A DNA stretch of 64,000 nt from an uncultured Acidobacteriota bacterium (GTDB taxonomy: Bacteria; Acidobacteriota; Vicinamibacteria; Vicinamibacterales; UBA8438), in assembly GCA_913043225.1 (NCBI GenBank), contig CAJWLU010000005.1, forward strand, positions 1 to 64,000. Reading direction: 5' to 3'. Numbering within the stretch: position 1 is the first letter of the stretch; the number at the start of each line of letters is the position of its first letter. This document shows, piece by piece, positions 63,490 through 64,000 of this stretch. The notes under the pieces were generated by a model that saw only the letters and a list, made by a program, of their open reading frames with translations, was not told where the DNA came from and made no database searches. Position numbers and translations under genes: made by a program.

Positions 63490-64000
63490 TCAGTCCTCTC
63501 TCCAGGGGTTGGTCGCAAAGACCGCCAGTTCCGGCCAGAACGCTCGTCTGGGCAAGTCCAGCGCCGCCATGATTGTCTGGGCGATATCGTCCGCGTAAAG
63601 CTTGTTCGGGTTATTTCGGCCAGGACGATCGCCCCATCGGGTTTGTACCTCCGACGGGCAGACGCTGACCACCCGGATGTTGTGCGGACGGAGTTCAGCC
63701 TGCCAACACTGGGTAATGCCTCGCACCGCCCACTTTGTGCCCGCGTAGGCGGTGCCGCCCGGACGCCCCTTCGTCCCAGACGTCGAGGAGATGTTCACGA
63801 TGTCGCCCTCGCCCTGCTCAGTCATCAGCGGAACAACCCGGTTAGTCAGGTCGACCATGCCGATCACGTTGCTCGCGAAGAGCCGCCGAACGGCGTCGGT
63901 ATCAAGCGCGCCGATCGAGGCGTCGTACCAGTTGGCGACGTTGTTGATGAGGACGTCCACGCCGCCCAGTTCCCGACGGCAGGTCTCCACCGCGAGCGCG
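63490..64000 (-). CDS. SDR-family oxidoreductase (C-terminal part; start lies beyond the right edge)
   Basis: VDVLINN, VNISS, YAGTK catalytic motif. Confidence 0.88.
   Translation of the reverse strand, partial: ALAVETCRRELGGVDVLINNVANWYDASIGALDTDAVRRLFASNVIGMVDLTNRVVPLMTEQGEGDIVNISSTSGTKGRPGGTAYAGTKWAVRGITQCWQAELRPHNIRVVSVCPSEVQTRWGDRPGRNNPNKLYADDIAQTIMAALDLPRRAFWPELAVFATNPWRED

Noticed and set aside
551..63600. Many long antisense or alternative-frame ORFs (e.g. 551..1387, 4134..5048, 13759..14763, 26824..28002, 39946..40953, 55427..56548)
   Set aside because: They are shadows of well-supported genes in high-GC DNA, Arg/Pro-rich and without motifs.
1..64000. Prophage, IS element, integron or defence system
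   Set aside because: I recognised no integrase, transposase, phage structural gene or nuclease/ATPase defence gene.

Overview
High-GC, densely coding chromosomal window with about 50 CDSs. The gene complement (acidobacterial-type VWA proteins, CRTAC1/ASPIC-UnbV protein, multiheme-TPR protein, NHL/PAL-like and PQQ proteins, five paralogs of one secreted family) suggests Acidobacteriota, probably Vicinamibacterales; this is an inference. I found no rRNA, tRNA, CRISPR array, integrase or transposase. Main points: (1) a ZnuD-like TonB-dependent receptor, missed by the ORF track, with a perfect (HDDD)n tandem repeat, preceded by a DUF2946/CruR-like CxxC-RAPP leader peptide; (2) a secreted hypothetical protein interrupted by an in-frame TGA that is directly followed by a SECIS-like hairpin (candidate new selenoprotein, or simply a nonsense allele); (3) a divergent module of 2-hydroxyacid dehydrogenase, APH/MtnK-fold kinase and an enolase paralog with altered active-site motifs; (4) a complete Na+-translocating glutaconyl-CoA decarboxylase operon with non-decarboxylating glutaryl-CoA dehydrogenase, including a 44-aa delta subunit missed by the ORF track; (5) five dispersed paralogs of an uncharacterised secreted family ending in EY(A/T)CHE(G/A)N. 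All calls come from motif recognition by eye; no searches were run.
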